A DNA stretch of 64,000 nucleotides. It comes from Kiritimatiellia bacterium (lineage in GTDB: Bacteria; Verrucomicrobiota; Kiritimatiellia; UBA8416; JBFIFS01). Shown one piece after another: positions 10,040-20,590 of this stretch. The first letter of the stretch is position 1; every line of letters begins with the position of its first letter. A program made the translations under genes and the position numbers. Location: NCBI GenBank assembly GCA_041602695.1, contig JBFIFS010000004.1, forward strand, positions 4,240 to 68,239, given 5' to 3'. The notes beneath the pieces were generated by a model. It saw only the letters and a program-made list of their open reading frames with translations, was not told where the DNA came from and did not search any database.

Positions 10040-10908
10040 ATAATCCTCTTTACCGCCCTCCCGCGGAGGCATACAGCCTGATCCTGCAGCTTGACAGCGG
10101 CTGCCCGCACAATAGGTGCACATTCTGCGGCATGTACAAACAGGTCAAATTCGAAAGGCGCAGCATCGAAGAGTGCCGCGAGATCATCCTGGCCGAGTCG
10201 GTCCGGCATGCCGGGGCGCGGCGCATCTTCCTTGCCGACGGCGACGTGATGAGCCGGCCGTTCGAGGAACTCAAACAGATCCTCGAACTCCTCCGCGTTT
10301 CTTTCCCGCGTGCGGCGCGTGTAAGCGTATATGCCAACGGAGGCTCGATTCTGTCCAAAACACCGGACGAACTGGCGCAGCTGCGCGACTTGAAGATGCA
10401 CACACTGTACATGGGGCTGGAAAGCGGCGATGAAGCAATATTGGAGCGTTGCAAAAAAGGAGAGACTGCGGCCGGCATGATAAATGCCGGTATCGCTGCC
10501 CAGAATGCCGGGCTTAGACTTTCGGTAATGATACTTCTCGGCCTTGGCGGCAAAGAGCTCTCGGCAAGGCACGCGCGGGCCACGGCTGAGGCACTCAACA
10601 GAATGCAGCCCCGCCTTCTATCGGCCCTGCGCGTGGTACCGGTGCCAGGCACCGCTCTGCACAGGGAGGTCAGCCATGGATCTTTCGAACAACTGACAGA
10701 ATGGGAATGCGCGGACGAAGCCCGGAACATCATAGGCCGACTCAACCTGGACGGCACCGTCTTTCGCGCCAACCACGCGTCCAACGTCGTGCCGCTGGAG
10801 GGGCGCTTCCCCCGCGACAAAGACAGGCTCATGAAGCAGCTCGATGCACTCCTGGAATCTGACGCGCTCGACCGTACCACCCCGGGCGCAATGCCATTGT
10901 GGCTCTAA
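10036..10908 (+). CDS. radical SAM protein (unassigned subfamily)
   Basis: N-terminal Cys triad GCPHNRCTFCGMY followed by a TIM-barrel-like pattern. Start ATG at 10036 overlaps the methyltransferase stop (ATGA). Confidence 0.75.
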   Translation: MNNPLYRPPAEAYSLILQLDSGCPHNRCTFCGMYKQVKFERRSIEECREIILAESVRHAGARRIFLADGDVMSRPFEELKQILELLRVSFPRAARVSVYANGGSILSKTPDELAQLRDLKMHTLYMGLESGDEAILERCKKGETAAGMINAGIAAQNAGLRLSVMILLGLGGKELSARHARATAEALNRMQPRLLSALRVVPVPGTALHREVSHGSFEQLTEWECADEARNIIGRLNLDGTVFRANHASNVVPLEGRFPRDKDRLMKQLDALLESDALDRTTPGAMPLWL

Positions 10909-10940
10909 ATACGCCTGGTTCAGCTGGAGAATGATTTCTG

Positions 10941-10969
10941 TGGACTAGAACCTTCGGGTGATCTAATAT
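10941..10969 (+). promoter_or_regulatory. candidate sigma-70 promoter for tRNA-Gly
   Basis: TGGACT-N17-TAATAT, ending 18 nt before the tRNA 5' end. Confidence 0.35.
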
Positions 10970-10986
10970 CTGAATCCTTCAAGCGG

Positions 10987-11061
10987 GCGGGAGTAATTCA
11001 ATGGCAGAATGTCAGCTTCCCAAGCTGAATGTTGGGGGTTCGATTCCCCTCTCCCGCTCCA
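10987..11061 (+). tRNA. tRNA-Gly (anticodon CCC), CCA encoded
   Basis: Acceptor GCGGGAG/CTCCCGC, anticodon arm TCAGC-TTCCCAA-GCTGA, T-loop TTCGATT, 3' TCCA. Confidence 0.9.
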
Positions 11062-11124
11062 TATCACACTTTACTTAGCACCAAAACTGCACGTATTGTT
11101 TTCCAAACAAGAAAAGGGCATCTC

Positions 11125-11679
11125 ATGAAGAAAGTACTGCTTATTGGAGACTCAATCCGCCTCGGCTACCAACCGGCAGTCACTGAGCTGCTCAAAGACG
11201 AGGCCGTCGTTCATGGACCCGCTGCCAACTGCAGTTTTTCAGCGTTCACCCTGTGGAACCTGGACAACTGGGCCCCCGAAGATGACTACGACTTCATTCA
11301 GTGGAACAATGGACAGTGGGACACATGCCACATGATGGACGGCAAGATTCACACCCCGCTGCCCGCGTATATGGAGATCCAGGCGCGAATAGCGAACATC
11401 CTCGCCAAAAAGACCAAACGCCTCGTCTTTGCGACAACCACGCCGGTCTGGCCTGAACAGTTCGAGAGCGCGAAATGCCACCAGCGACGGAACGAGGACA
11501 TCATAAGCTACAACATCGCCGCGACGAAGCTATGCATAAAGCTGGGCATTGAAATAAATGACCTGCATGCGGTGCTCGCACCTGACGTCAAGCGCTACAT
11601 CAGCAAGGACATGGTCCACCTCACGGAAGAAGGAAACAATGCCTGCGCTGAGCAGGTGGCCGCCAAGGTCCGTTCCTGA
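11125..11679 (+). CDS. SGNH/GDSL-family hydrolase
   Basis: Starts MKKVLLIGDSIRLGY (block I GDS). The longer ORF from 11029 would overlap the tRNA, so it was trimmed to ATG 11125. Confidence 0.75.
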   Translation: MKKVLLIGDSIRLGYQPAVTELLKDEAVVHGPAANCSFSAFTLWNLDNWAPEDDYDFIQWNNGQWDTCHMMDGKIHTPLPAYMEIQARIANILAKKTKRLVFATTTPVWPEQFESAKCHQRRNEDIISYNIAATKLCIKLGIEINDLHAVLAPDVKRYISKDMVHLTEEGNNACAEQVAAKVRS

Positions 11680-11686
11680 TGCCGGA

Positions 11687-12922
11687 TCAGCGTCCGCAGC
11701 ACTTCTTGAATTTTCGTCCGCTCCCGCATGGACAGGGCTCATTTCGCCCGGGCTTGCCTCGCGGAGCAACCGCCTGCCTTTGCTGCGCAAGCATCTTGGC
11801 CTGTGCTGCCGCGCGCTCCTGCCTTATCTCATCCGCAAGCTTCTCAAAGAACGGCATTACATGCGGGTAAAAGATCTCCCATCCGCCGCAGAGGTGACTT
11901 AGCTCTGTCGGATTAGGCTCCCTGCTGTACCGGTGCTTCTGGCAGTCGCCTGCACAGTAGTTAAAATAGCTGCAGCCCGCGCACTTTTGATTGCAGGAGG
12001 CCTTCCTTGCCCCGAATTCCAGGTATAACGGCGACTCAAGGAGTTCCTCCCATGTGTTCTCCATGACGTTGCCCAGGCGAAGGTCCGGATCCACAAAAAA
12101 ATCGCACGGATAGACATCCCCATTGTGCTCAACGACAAGATACTGGCAGCAGTTCATGCCCATGGCGCAAACATTGGCAATCCCGTCAACCATCTTTGTC
12201 AGAATGGAATCGAACAGCCTGACGGAAACCCTGCGCACGTCCGTTTTCTTCCACTCGTCAAAAATGCCGCAGAGAAATTCGCCCCATTCTTCACCGCTGA
12301 TCGCATAGGGCATCAGGGCGCCGCTATCATCAAACTCCACGCATTCGATATATTGCTGAAAGAGAAAGTCGTTATCGACCATGTAGCGGTATATCTCGGC
12401 AGGCCTCGCAACATTCTCCCTGTTCACCAAAGTAAGGATGTTGAATTCCGCTCCTTTACGACGCAGGCATCCAATGCCGCGCATCACATCGGCGTGGCTA
12501 CCCCTGCCCGCCAGGTTAATCCTGCTGGCATCATGTATCTTCGCGGGCCCATCCAGGCTGATGCCCGCCAGGAAATTGTATTCAGCCAGGTGCGCAGCCC
12601 AGTCATCGTCGATCAGCGTGCCGTTGGTCTGCAGGCCGTTGGCAACCTGCTTTCCTCCGGCACCGTACTTCTTCTGGAGATCAGTGACCCGCTTAAAAAA
12701 ATCGAGCCCCATCAGTGTCGGCTCCCCGCCCTGCCAGCCAATAGAGTAATGGGGCTGCTGGGTTGCGAGAAAGGTGCTGATCATTCGCTCAGCCACCTCT
12801 TCACTCATACGGTGCGTGCTGCTTCCCGGATACAGGCTGCACTTCTTCAGGTAAAAGCAGTACTTACATTTAAGGTTGCAGTCTGCGCCCGCCGGCTTGA
12901 CTAATAATGAAAACGGCCTCAC
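11687..12922 (-). CDS. anaerobic sulfatase-maturating enzyme (radical SAM/SPASM) with a C-terminal SEC-C metal-binding motif
   Basis: CNLKCKYCFY triad and C-terminal SPASM Cys clusters (CAGCSYFNYCAGDC), with overall anSME-like sequence. The extreme C-terminus is CPCGSGRKFKKCCGR. Confidence 0.85.
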   Translation of the reverse strand: MRPFSLLVKPAGADCNLKCKYCFYLKKCSLYPGSSTHRMSEEVAERMISTFLATQQPHYSIGWQGGEPTLMGLDFFKRVTDLQKKYGAGGKQVANGLQTNGTLIDDDWAAHLAEYNFLAGISLDGPAKIHDASRINLAGRGSHADVMRGIGCLRRKGAEFNILTLVNRENVARPAEIYRYMVDNDFLFQQYIECVEFDDSGALMPYAISGEEWGEFLCGIFDEWKKTDVRRVSVRLFDSILTKMVDGIANVCAMGMNCCQYLVVEHNGDVYPCDFFVDPDLRLGNVMENTWEELLESPLYLEFGARKASCNQKCAGCSYFNYCAGDCQKHRYSREPNPTELSHLCGGWEIFYPHVMPFFEKLADEIRQERAAAQAKMLAQQRQAVAPRGKPGRNEPCPCGSGRKFKKCCGR

Positions 12923-12949
12923 TTGCCCTCCGAATCAGGACTGCTGGCT

Positions 12950-13864
12950 CTAAACCGCCATCATTCGGGCCAGAGAATCGCGGCGGGCTTCGATCTTAGC
13001 GGCATCGAGCCCCTTCATGATGTCCAGGCCGAAACCTTCCACTGCGAACGAAGCTACCGTGCTCGCTTCCAGAAGGCACCTTCGGACATCCGCATCAGCA
13101 AGCGAATCAGCCTTTGCCATCGCCCCCATGAACGCCCCGGCAAACGAGTCACCTGCCCCCGTAGGATCCACCACGAGGTCAATAGGGAATGCCGGGAGGA
13201 TAAATACGCCTTCACGTGACACCAGCATGGCACCGTGTTCCCCTTTCTTTACAACCACATACTCAGGGCCCATTGAAAGCACGGCATCAGCGCATTTCAC
13301 GAGGTTGTACTCACCAGTCAGCATTCGCACCTCGCTGTCATTGAGCATAAGCATGTTAACGCGGGAAATGACCTTCTCCAGGGCCGGCCGCGACATGCTG
13401 ATCCAAAGGTCCATGGTGTCCGCAACGACAAATCTGGGTGACTTGACCTGGTCCAGGACGTGTTCCTGAAGCTCCGGGGAAATATTGCCAAGAAGAACAT
13501 ACGGCGCGTCAGTGTAGGAATCGGGAAGGTCCGGAGTGAAGTCCGCAAAAACGTTCAGGTCCGTCGAGAGCGTCCGCCTGTTTATCATGTCGTCTTCATA
13601 AACTCCCGACCACCTGAAGGTCTTTCCCTCTGCCGCCTGAAGCCCCTCGAGATCGATGCCGAAATGAGAGTAAAGCTCCCTGTATTCCTCAGGGAAATCC
13701 GTCCCCACTACCCCGACCATGCCTGTTGGCGCGTAGAATGATGCCGCCGCGCACGCATAGCTTATGGAACCTCCGAGCACGTCTTCACGTCGCTCAAAAG
13801 GGGTTTCTATCGTGTCTATTCCTATGGATCCAACTATTACCAGTTCAACTTTTGTATCGCCCAT
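12950..13864 (-). CDS. PfkB/ribokinase-family sugar or nucleoside kinase
   Basis: DPTGAGDSFAGAF motif near the C-terminus and an N-terminal GSIGIDT pattern. Confidence 0.85.
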   Translation of the reverse strand: MGDTKVELVIVGSIGIDTIETPFERREDVLGGSISYACAAASFYAPTGMVGVVGTDFPEEYRELYSHFGIDLEGLQAAEGKTFRWSGVYEDDMINRRTLSTDLNVFADFTPDLPDSYTDAPYVLLGNISPELQEHVLDQVKSPRFVVADTMDLWISMSRPALEKVISRVNMLMLNDSEVRMLTGEYNLVKCADAVLSMGPEYVVVKKGEHGAMLVSREGVFILPAFPIDLVVDPTGAGDSFAGAFMGAMAKADSLADADVRRCLLEASTVASFAVEGFGLDIMKGLDAAKIEARRDSLARMMAV

Positions 13865-14442
13865 TATACGACCCTTCCAAACAGTCTTGAGTACTCAGCG
13901 ATGGCCTCCGGCCGCGCGTCATTCTCATTATCAACAACAAGGCAAATCCTGAAGACGCCGTTACCCACTATTCCCCTGGCTTCCTCGACATTGCTCAATC
14001 CTCCCGCATAAAGGTACGAAACGCCGGCATCGTGGAGCTGGGCAAAAACGCCGGGGCACTGCGTACCCTCCATGTGCACAATATAGTCCGCACCAACCTC
14101 GGCCGCAAGCGTGGCTTCCTGCATGTCGTTTGTGGAAAAGCCTACAAGGCTGTCCATTCCCGCCAGCCCCCTTGCGTTTCCGATGCTCGCATCGGCCCGG
14201 CTCAAGTGAACCCCTGCCGCGCCAACCTCCTCAACAATGCCGGGATCATCCCAGGCGAAGTACAGCGCATCGCAGTCCTTACAGGCTTTCACCGCCTCCT
14301 GAATCGCTTCGGCTTCCTGCGATTTTACAGATACAATGTCGGCCCCAACATTAATGGCTCCACAGCAGATATCATAGAGACCGTCTGAAGGGAGTTGCGC
14401 AGAGTCAAAGACAACAAATAGAAGCGCGTCCTCAAGCCGCAT
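13864..14442 (-). CDS. thiamine-phosphate synthase family (ThiE/TenI-like) TIM-barrel protein
   Basis: Collinear similarity to ThiE blocks (LFVVFDS; GADIVSVKSQE; AAGVHLSRAD; LVGFSTNDMQEA..VGADYI). The stop overlaps the pfkB-like start. Confidence 0.55.
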   Translation of the reverse strand: MRLEDALLFVVFDSAQLPSDGLYDICCGAINVGADIVSVKSQEAEAIQEAVKACKDCDALYFAWDDPGIVEEVGAAGVHLSRADASIGNARGLAGMDSLVGFSTNDMQEATLAAEVGADYIVHMEGTQCPGVFAQLHDAGVSYLYAGGLSNVEEARGIVGNGVFRICLVVDNENDARPEAIAEYSRLFGRVV

Positions 14443-14452
14443 TCAGGCCACC

Positions 14453-14983
14453 TCAATCGGGATTGAAGTCAGCGATGATCTCCTTGACGCTGACCTCGAC
14501 CTTGCGCACGTCATTAATTCCGAGACTTCCGGCGAGCACCTCCCTGATGCGTTTCTGGAGGAGTTCACAGGCTTCGTGTATTTCCGGACCGTCCTTAATC
14601 TGTATGTAGACATGAACATCAATTGTGTTTCGTGCAGGAATGACTTCGGGTTTCATCTTTTCGATTGTCGGAAACTCGCCGGCCAGCCTGGCTATGTAAT
14701 CCGCTATTGCGTCAGTGCTGATGCTCACGGTCCCGCCCTCTCCGTCAAAAGAGAGGTATTTCTGCTGTTTACGCCTTGGAATGCCTGAAAGAAGGTATAC
14801 AACGGCCAGGAGCAGCAGCGCTATCCCGATTCCCCCTGCCAGCGGACGATTGCCGACAACCACCTCGCCCAGGGCGGACCATTTCGCTCCGCTCCTCGCA
14901 CTGCCAACGAGAAGCACACCCGCGGCCACTACACTCAACAGCACAACTGTTCCTGCTACCCTATGGATAAACCTCATAATCAT
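14453..14983 (-). CDS. Asp23/alkaline-shock-like protein with N-terminal membrane anchors
   Basis: Two N-terminal TM segments, then an Asp23-like core (GGTVSISTDAIADYI...VHVYIQIK...INDVRKVEVSVKEI). Confidence 0.55.
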   Translation of the reverse strand: MIMRFIHRVAGTVVLLSVVAAGVLLVGSARSGAKWSALGEVVVGNRPLAGGIGIALLLLAVVYLLSGIPRRKQQKYLSFDGEGGTVSISTDAIADYIARLAGEFPTIEKMKPEVIPARNTIDVHVYIQIKDGPEIHEACELLQKRIREVLAGSLGINDVRKVEVSVKEIIADFNPD

Positions 14984-14986
14984 TTG

Positions 14987-15442
14987 TCAGCTCCGATCGT
15001 TTCCCTTTGCCCTGATATTAGCAACAAGTCCTTCAAGCGCCAGGAGGTAGCTTTGCGCCCCGAACCCGGCGACCTGGCCAATGCAGGCCGGCGCGGTCAG
15101 GCTTGTCTTCCTGAAATCTTCCCTCCCGTGAATATTGGAGAGGTGCACTTCAACACAGGGCGCTTCGACAGCTTTCAGCGCATCACCTATGGCCACACTC
15201 GTGTGGGTATAGGCCGCCGGGTTCATGATAATTCCATCATATACGCCGTCCGCCTCACCGACCCTTGTCACAATGGCGCCTTCATCGTTGCTCTGAAAAT
15301 GTTCTATTTCCACGCCAAGCTCTGACGCCCTGGTGCTTAGGCTTTGTATAATATCGTCCAGCGTCTGGGTTCCGTAAATCTCCGGCTCTCGCTTTCCGAG
15401 CAGATTCAGGTTCGGTCCGTTGATCACCAGTATTTTCATCAC
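14987..15442 (-). CDS. aroQ: type II 3-dehydroquinate dehydratase
   Basis: [23 protein letters not shown] and HLSNIHGRE signatures. Confidence 0.95.
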   Translation of the reverse strand: MMKILVINGPNLNLLGKREPEIYGTQTLDDIIQSLSTRASELGVEIEHFQSNDEGAIVTRVGEADGVYDGIIMNPAAYTHTSVAIGDALKAVEAPCVEVHLSNIHGREDFRKTSLTAPACIGQVAGFGAQSYLLALEGLVANIRAKGNDRS

Positions 15443-15450
15443 CCTCTCCT

Positions 15451-16245
15451 TCAGGTCAGTGACACATCTTCCAAACTGTACTCTTTTATACGCGCATCGT
15501 CAAAGCGCACTTTGACCGTATGGGCGAGCACGTTACGGTCTATGATCACACCGTCTCCGTCATCGCACCTGACACGCCTGCCCTCCCGCGGCATGCTCTT
15601 GGACTCTTCAACGTATGCGTCGTATTCATACTTCAGGCAGCATTTCAACCGGCCGCACATGCCGCTAATGGCTCCGGGATTCAATGAAAGCTTCTGGGTC
15701 TTTGCCATCTTGACATTTATTGACTCGAATTTCTCAAGCCAGCTGCAGCAGCACATGGGCCGGCCGCAAGTCGCGATCCCGCCCATCATGGCGGCCTCGT
15801 CACGCACGCCCAGCTGCTGAACATCAACGCGTACCCCCAACTCGGAAGAAACATCCTTCATCAGCTCGCGAAAGTCCACACGTTCATCGGCCGAGAACAG
15901 GATCCTCAGGATACTCCTGTCAAAGCTGTACCACACGCGGACAAGATGCATGGGCAGCTTGTGCTTTGAGATCAGCTCCGCGCACTTGTCGCGCGCCATC
16001 TTGCTCCGCAGAACATTTTCCTTTTCCTTGGTCTGGTCCTGCAGGGTGGCACGCCGGACTATGACGGCGGCGCCCTTTTCCGGTTCTTTGGGACACTCCC
16101 CTTCGCATAACCGCGCTACGCGCCCGTACTCCGCAACGCCGTCAATTTCGACAATGCACTCGTTCTCTGCCTGGATGGCCAGTCCTTTGGGGACGGCGCA
16201 TTCAATGTCCTGCCCCAACTCGGTATGTACTACTGCTCTTCTCAT
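15451..16245 (-). CDS. ricT: PSP1-domain protein (YaaT/RicT-like)
   Basis: PSP1 C-terminal pattern including CGRPMCC and [11 protein letters not shown]. Sits in the conserved holB-tmk neighbourhood. Confidence 0.8.
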   Translation of the reverse strand: MRRAVVHTELGQDIECAVPKGLAIQAENECIVEIDGVAEYGRVARLCEGECPKEPEKGAAVIVRRATLQDQTKEKENVLRSKMARDKCAELISKHKLPMHLVRVWYSFDRSILRILFSADERVDFRELMKDVSSELGVRVDVQQLGVRDEAAMMGGIATCGRPMCCCSWLEKFESINVKMAKTQKLSLNPGAISGMCGRLKCCLKYEYDAYVEESKSMPREGRRVRCDDGDGVIIDRNVLAHTVKVRFDDARIKEYSLEDVSLT

Positions 16246-17198
16246 GCGGCACCCACAAGCCTGGAAAACCCATCAAGCAAGACGGCGTCCTCGCCCATGT
16301 TTCGTTCAAACCGGGCAGCCATCTCTTCAACAAGATCTATATTTGCACTTGCTGAGCGCACACTCAAGCCCTCGCTGAGCTCCCTGAGCCTCGCAGCGCA
16401 GCTTCCGTGAAAAAGCTGCGGCTCGGTCCCGCCCGAGGAGAGGAGAAGTATATCGCGATACCAGAGCACTATCATTTTCATCACCGCGGTACGCTCTTCC
16501 CGGTAACGAGAGCTCACCCGAGCATCGAAGACTTTGTCCTCCATGTCCTCAGAAAAGTCGTCTTCCTCCTGCTCGGCAGCCTCGATTCCCGATTTAATTC
16601 CTTTGAGAAGCCCTGCAAGCCGGTAAGACACGTCCATTCGGTTGACCACACCGCTTCCCACTGAGGCAAGAATATCAACCAGCTCCCCATACCACTCGTA
16701 ATCTTCCTTACTCGATTCCTGCGTAAGGTCAAAGCGCTGGCAGCGGGAAATTATCGTCGGAAGGAGATACTGAACATTCTCCGCCAAGAGCATGAACATC
16801 GAGCGCGCCGGCGGTTCCTCGAGGCTCTTCAGCAACGCATTGGCCGCTTCCCGGGTCATCCTGTCCGCGCCGGACACAACACAGACCTTCCAGCTGCCCA
16901 TGTATGCCGTCTGGTAGATCAGCTCCTGAAGTGCCCTTACGTCCTCAACTGAGATGCGCCGCGACTTCATTCGCGGCTCAATCCACACCATGTCAGGATG
17001 GGACCGGCCGGCGACCTTGAGGCACCCCGCACACTCCCCGCAGCCTGACTGGTCCTTTAGACAGAGAACTTTCTGGGCCATCTCGACCGCGAGCGGCCCA
17101 CAGCCGCGACGCACCGGCCCGCTGACAAGATACGCGTGAGCGGTTCGGCCTCTTTCGATGCTTGATGAGAAATTCTCAAGTATGGATTCCCGGTTCAT
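16242..17198 (-). CDS. holB: DNA polymerase III delta-prime subunit
   Basis: AHAYLVSGP, Cys module CGECAGC and SRCQRF motif. Start set to ATG 17198, 4 nt after the tmk stop. Confidence 0.85.
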   Translation of the reverse strand: MNRESILENFSSSIERGRTAHAYLVSGPVRRGCGPLAVEMAQKVLCLKDQSGCGECAGCLKVAGRSHPDMVWIEPRMKSRRISVEDVRALQELIYQTAYMGSWKVCVVSGADRMTREAANALLKSLEEPPARSMFMLLAENVQYLLPTIISRCQRFDLTQESSKEDYEWYGELVDILASVGSGVVNRMDVSYRLAGLLKGIKSGIEAAEQEEDDFSEDMEDKVFDARVSSRYREERTAVMKMIVLWYRDILLLSSGGTEPQLFHGSCAARLRELSEGLSVRSASANIDLVEEMAARFERNMGEDAVLLDGFSRLVGAA

Positions 17199-17202
17199 AC
17201 GA

Positions 17203-17856
17203 TTACTCAGGCACTGGAAGCACGGGCTCCACCTTCTGCCAAATGGCTTGCTCAATTTCGTCCTGGGGAAGGCCTCCGTCAATGATCGTGAATCGGTCAT
17301 CGGCCCCCTTCGCAATCTCAAGATAGCCCTGCCTTACCCGCTCGTGAAATGCGAAGTCCTCGCGCTCAATCCTGTCGGCCTGCTCTCCAGAGGTGATGCC
17401 CCTGTCGCGCATGCGCTGCATGCCCGCGTGCACTTCGATATCGAGAAGGAAGCTCAAGTCCGGCATGGTTTTGCCGATTGCAAGCGCGTTGACGGAGCCT
17501 ATGAGTTCCGGCCCAAGTTCCCTGCCATAGCCCTGATATGCGACTGCTGAATCCACAAACCGGTCAGAAATGACTACCTCGCCGGCCTCCAGCGCCGGAT
17601 TGACTACCTGCTTCACCATCTGGGCCCGGCTCGCCGCGAAAAGAAGAACTTCGGTTTCGAGCTCAATATTTTCACCCGCCGTATCGTGCTGGAGAATGCC
17701 GCGGATCATTTCGCCCGTCCTGGTGCCGCCGGGCTCACGGACGCGGACGATCTTATAGCCCATGGATGAGAGTCGGCCAGAAAGAATGTCGGCCTGTGTG
17801 GTCTTGCCGCTGCCCTCGCCACCCTCAAAACTGATCAGTATGCCCTTTTTACTCAT
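17203..17856 (-). CDS. tmk: thymidylate kinase
   Basis: P-loop FEGGEGSGKTTQ and DRF motif. Confidence 0.95.
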   Translation of the reverse strand: MSKKGILISFEGGEGSGKTTQADILSGRLSSMGYKIVRVREPGGTRTGEMIRGILQHDTAGENIELETEVLLFAASRAQMVKQVVNPALEAGEVVISDRFVDSAVAYQGYGRELGPELIGSVNALAIGKTMPDLSFLLDIEVHAGMQRMRDRGITSGEQADRIEREDFAFHERVRQGYLEIAKGADDRFTIIDGGLPQDEIEQAIWQKVEPVLPVPE

Positions 17857-19244
17857 TTTTTCTTCAGTACAGGCCCATCAGGGGTGTCACGCACCGTCCA
17901 TCCAGCTGAATCGATCTCATCGCGCAGCCTGTCAGATTCCGCCCAGTTTTTCTCTTTTCTGGCCTTCTCGCGCAGCTCAACCAGCTGCCGGACATCTGAA
18001 TCCTCCTCAGACGCCTCAGCTCCAAGAAAGCCCAGGACGGAATCCATCCTGTCCATTAGCGCAAGCGCTGCCGATAAATCACCGCCGCATTCATCAGAAT
18101 CAAGCGCCCTGTTACCTTCCGAGATCATATCAAACAGAGCGGCAAGCGCCTCGGAGATTCCCAGGTCAGTGCCTACCGCCTCCGAGAACCTCTTCTCCGC
18201 ACGCTCTACCCAGCCGGGAACCGGCCCTTCGCTCCCCTTTCGCGATGACCTCGAGAGTCTGTCGCTGAAGTCATCAATCCGGGCAAGCGCTGAACGCGCC
18301 GCATCCAGCGCCGCGAAAGTAAAGTTCACTGTCTGGCGATAATGCGCGGAAGCAAGTACGTACCTTATCTCCCGGCCCGAATAACCTTTATCAAGTATCT
18401 CTCGCAGGGTGAAAAAGTTACCGAGCGACTTGGACATCTTCTGGCCTTCCACGACCAGATGCGCATTATGCATCCAGTAGTTAACGAACTTCTTACCAGT
18501 GGCGGCCTCGCTCTGGGCAATTTCATCTTCATGGTGAGGAAACATGTTGTCGATCCCGCCTGTATGAATATCGAAGGTCTCGCCTAGATATTTCATACTC
18601 ATCGCACTGCACTCGATGTGCCAGCCCGGCCTGCCCCGCCCCCATGGGGAATCCCAGACAACATCGCCGTCTTCCTCCGTCCACGCCTTCCATAGAGCGA
18701 AGTCCGCGGCGTTGTCCTTGTCGTACTCGTCCTGGTCGACACGGGCGCCCGACTGCATCCCGTCCCTGTTGATACGGGCCAGCTTCCCGTACTCCTTAAA
18801 CTTGTCGATACTGAAGTAAACAGACCCATCATCCGACTGATAGCCGACACCCTTGTCGATGAGTTTCCGAATAATCTCTATCATCTCCGGAACGTGATCG
18901 GTTGCCGCGGGATAGTGCTCAGCCCTTTCGATGCCCAGGGTTTCGAGGTCTTCAAAGAAGGCCGCTTTGAACTTCGCCGTGAAGTCATTGAGCGGCAGCC
19001 CCGCCTCACGCGCGCCCCTGATGGTCTTATCATCAACATCAGTCAAATTCATTACCTGCGTGACCTCGTACCCGAAATACTTAAGTGTCCTGCGGAGAAT
19101 GTCCTCAAACACATATGCCCTGTAGTTTCCTATATGCGCGTAGTCGTAAACGGTCGGCCCGCAGGTGTATAACCCAACCTTACCATCTTCTATCGGGCGA
19201 AATTCCTCTAACTTACGGGTGAGGGTATTGTGGACCTTCATCAT
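17853..19244 (-). CDS. cysS: cysteine--tRNA ligase
   Basis: Class I HIGN (AHIGNYRA) and KMSKS (KMSKSLGN) motifs. Confidence 0.95.
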   Translation of the reverse strand: MMKVHNTLTRKLEEFRPIEDGKVGLYTCGPTVYDYAHIGNYRAYVFEDILRRTLKYFGYEVTQVMNLTDVDDKTIRGAREAGLPLNDFTAKFKAAFFEDLETLGIERAEHYPAATDHVPEMIEIIRKLIDKGVGYQSDDGSVYFSIDKFKEYGKLARINRDGMQSGARVDQDEYDKDNAADFALWKAWTEEDGDVVWDSPWGRGRPGWHIECSAMSMKYLGETFDIHTGGIDNMFPHHEDEIAQSEAATGKKFVNYWMHNAHLVVEGQKMSKSLGNFFTLREILDKGYSGREIRYVLASAHYRQTVNFTFAALDAARSALARIDDFSDRLSRSSRKGSEGPVPGWVERAEKRFSEAVGTDLGISEALAALFDMISEGNRALDSDECGGDLSAALALMDRMDSVLGFLGAEASEEDSDVRQLVELREKARKEKNWAESDRLRDEIDSAGWTVRDTPDGPVLKKK

Positions 19245-19717
19245 AAGACCTCGACTCCAGCTACAGCCATAGCGCCAATGCCCTCGCCCCGGCCGAGAAA
19301 TCCCATCTTCTCCAGGGTCGTGGCCTTGACCGACACCTGGGCAGGTTCAATCCCGAGGGCCGCGGCTATGTTTATTCTCATTTCTTCAATGTGCGGAGCC
19401 ATCCTGGGCCGCTCCGCAAGGATTGTCGCGTCTATGTTTCCTGCCTTGGCCCCACGCTCCGCAAGCAAGTCCCCGACCTTCCGAAGGAGAACAATGCTGT
19501 CAGCCCCCTCGTAGCCTGGGTCTGTATCCGGAAAATGACTTCCGATGTCCCCCAGGGCCATGGCACCGAGCAGCGCGTCGATCACCGCATGCACAAGCAC
19601 GTCCGCGTCCGAATGACCTTCAAGCCCGGTCCCAAAGGGTATATCGACCCCTCCGAGAATGAGTTTTCTGCCTTCTTTAAGGGCGTGCACATCAAAACCT
19701 GTTCCCACTCTCAACAT
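19241..19717 (-). CDS. ispF: 2-C-methyl-D-erythritol 2,4-cyclodiphosphate synthase
   Basis: [11 protein letters not shown] and [10 protein letters not shown] motifs. Trimmed to the ATG giving a ~158 aa protein. Confidence 0.9.
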   Translation of the reverse strand: MLRVGTGFDVHALKEGRKLILGGVDIPFGTGLEGHSDADVLVHAVIDALLGAMALGDIGSHFPDTDPGYEGADSIVLLRKVGDLLAERGAKAGNIDATILAERPRMAPHIEEMRINIAAALGIEPAQVSVKATTLEKMGFLGRGEGIGAMAVAGVEVL

Positions 19718-19843
19718 AAGTGCCAAAACCTTATCCAACGCCGGAGTCACCGACAACCCCTTTTTTGGACCGCACCAGCCGGCGCGCATTTGGGGATGAG
19801 CAAGATTGACGGATACGTTATCCTCAGGTAGACTTACGCCGTG

Positions 19844-20590
19844 ATGGCATCACGTAAAGCAAACACATTGTTCACCTTGGCGCCTTTGCTTCTCTCTATC
19901 GCGATCAGCGGATGCGCCACTGGCTGGAACGCAGCTTTCAATCGCCCGGTATTCTCTGAACCCCCCGCGGAAATAAGCAGCTGCGCGGACTGTCACGATG
20001 ATCAGTACGCCACGTGGAACCGCACCAGGCATGCCGACCCGAGGGACATGAGAGACGTGCCCACCCAAACCGGCAGGCACTGCGAGGTATGCCACGTGGT
20101 TCCGGCCGGACACGCAGACTCTCCCGAAACCATCGCGCCAGTCTCCATATCCCAGCAGACAAAGACCGAACAGAATGAGCTTTGCGGCCGGTGTCACTAT
20201 GACAAAGATATCGTAGGATGGAACGCCATTGACCCGGGCGGGCGCCATGGCCTCTTTATGAGCGTCGGCCTGGATGGAAGCAAATACAAGAAACAGCTGT
20301 CATGCCTGGACTGCCACGAGGGGCACGGGCGCCATGCCGACATGCTTGTCACCATGAGGGCGCACATCTGTTTCAAATGCCACAAAGAAGCTATAGCCAC
20401 CATGGGCATAGTGCAGCCGATCAACTACCTGACCTTCGGAAAAGCCTGCTTCGGCTGCCACTCACCCCACGGTAAAGACACGTGGAAACAGTGGGTTTAT
20501 ACAGCAGTCGGAACATATATCACGGTCGACCTGGCATGCAATACTTGTCACATTTCGCAAAATGCCGCCTGGCAGTGGTGGGTCAAATGA
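19844..20590 (+). CDS. lipoprotein multihaem c-type cytochrome (7 CxxCH)
   Basis: Signal peptide with lipobox ISGC. CxxCH motifs: CADCH, CEVCH, CGRCH, CLDCH, CFKCH, CFGCH, CNTCH. Confidence 0.85.
   Translation: MASRKANTLFTLAPLLLSIAISGCATGWNAAFNRPVFSEPPAEISSCADCHDDQYATWNRTRHADPRDMRDVPTQTGRHCEVCHVVPAGHADSPETIAPVSISQQTKTEQNELCGRCHYDKDIVGWNAIDPGGRHGLFMSVGLDGSKYKKQLSCLDCHEGHGRHADMLVTMRAHICFKCHKEAIATMGIVQPINYLTFGKACFGCHSPHGKDTWKQWVYTAVGTYITVDLACNTCHISQNAAWQWWVK

Noticed and set aside
9284-10880. Several 248-279 aa minus-strand ORFs (9284-10123, 9826-10572, 10050-10880)
   Set aside because: They are antisense to the methyltransferase and radical SAM genes, which carry clear motifs. These frames are Arg/Ser/Ala-rich and show no signatures.
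11029-11124. N-terminal extension of the SGNH hydrolase ORF (MLGVRFPSPAPY...)
   Set aside because: It overlaps the 3' half of tRNA-Gly. The conserved GDS block starts right after ATG 11125.
12125-12904. 259-aa + strand ORF opposite the anSME gene
   Set aside because: The anSME call on the minus strand is unambiguous (radical SAM and SPASM motifs). The + ORF has no features.
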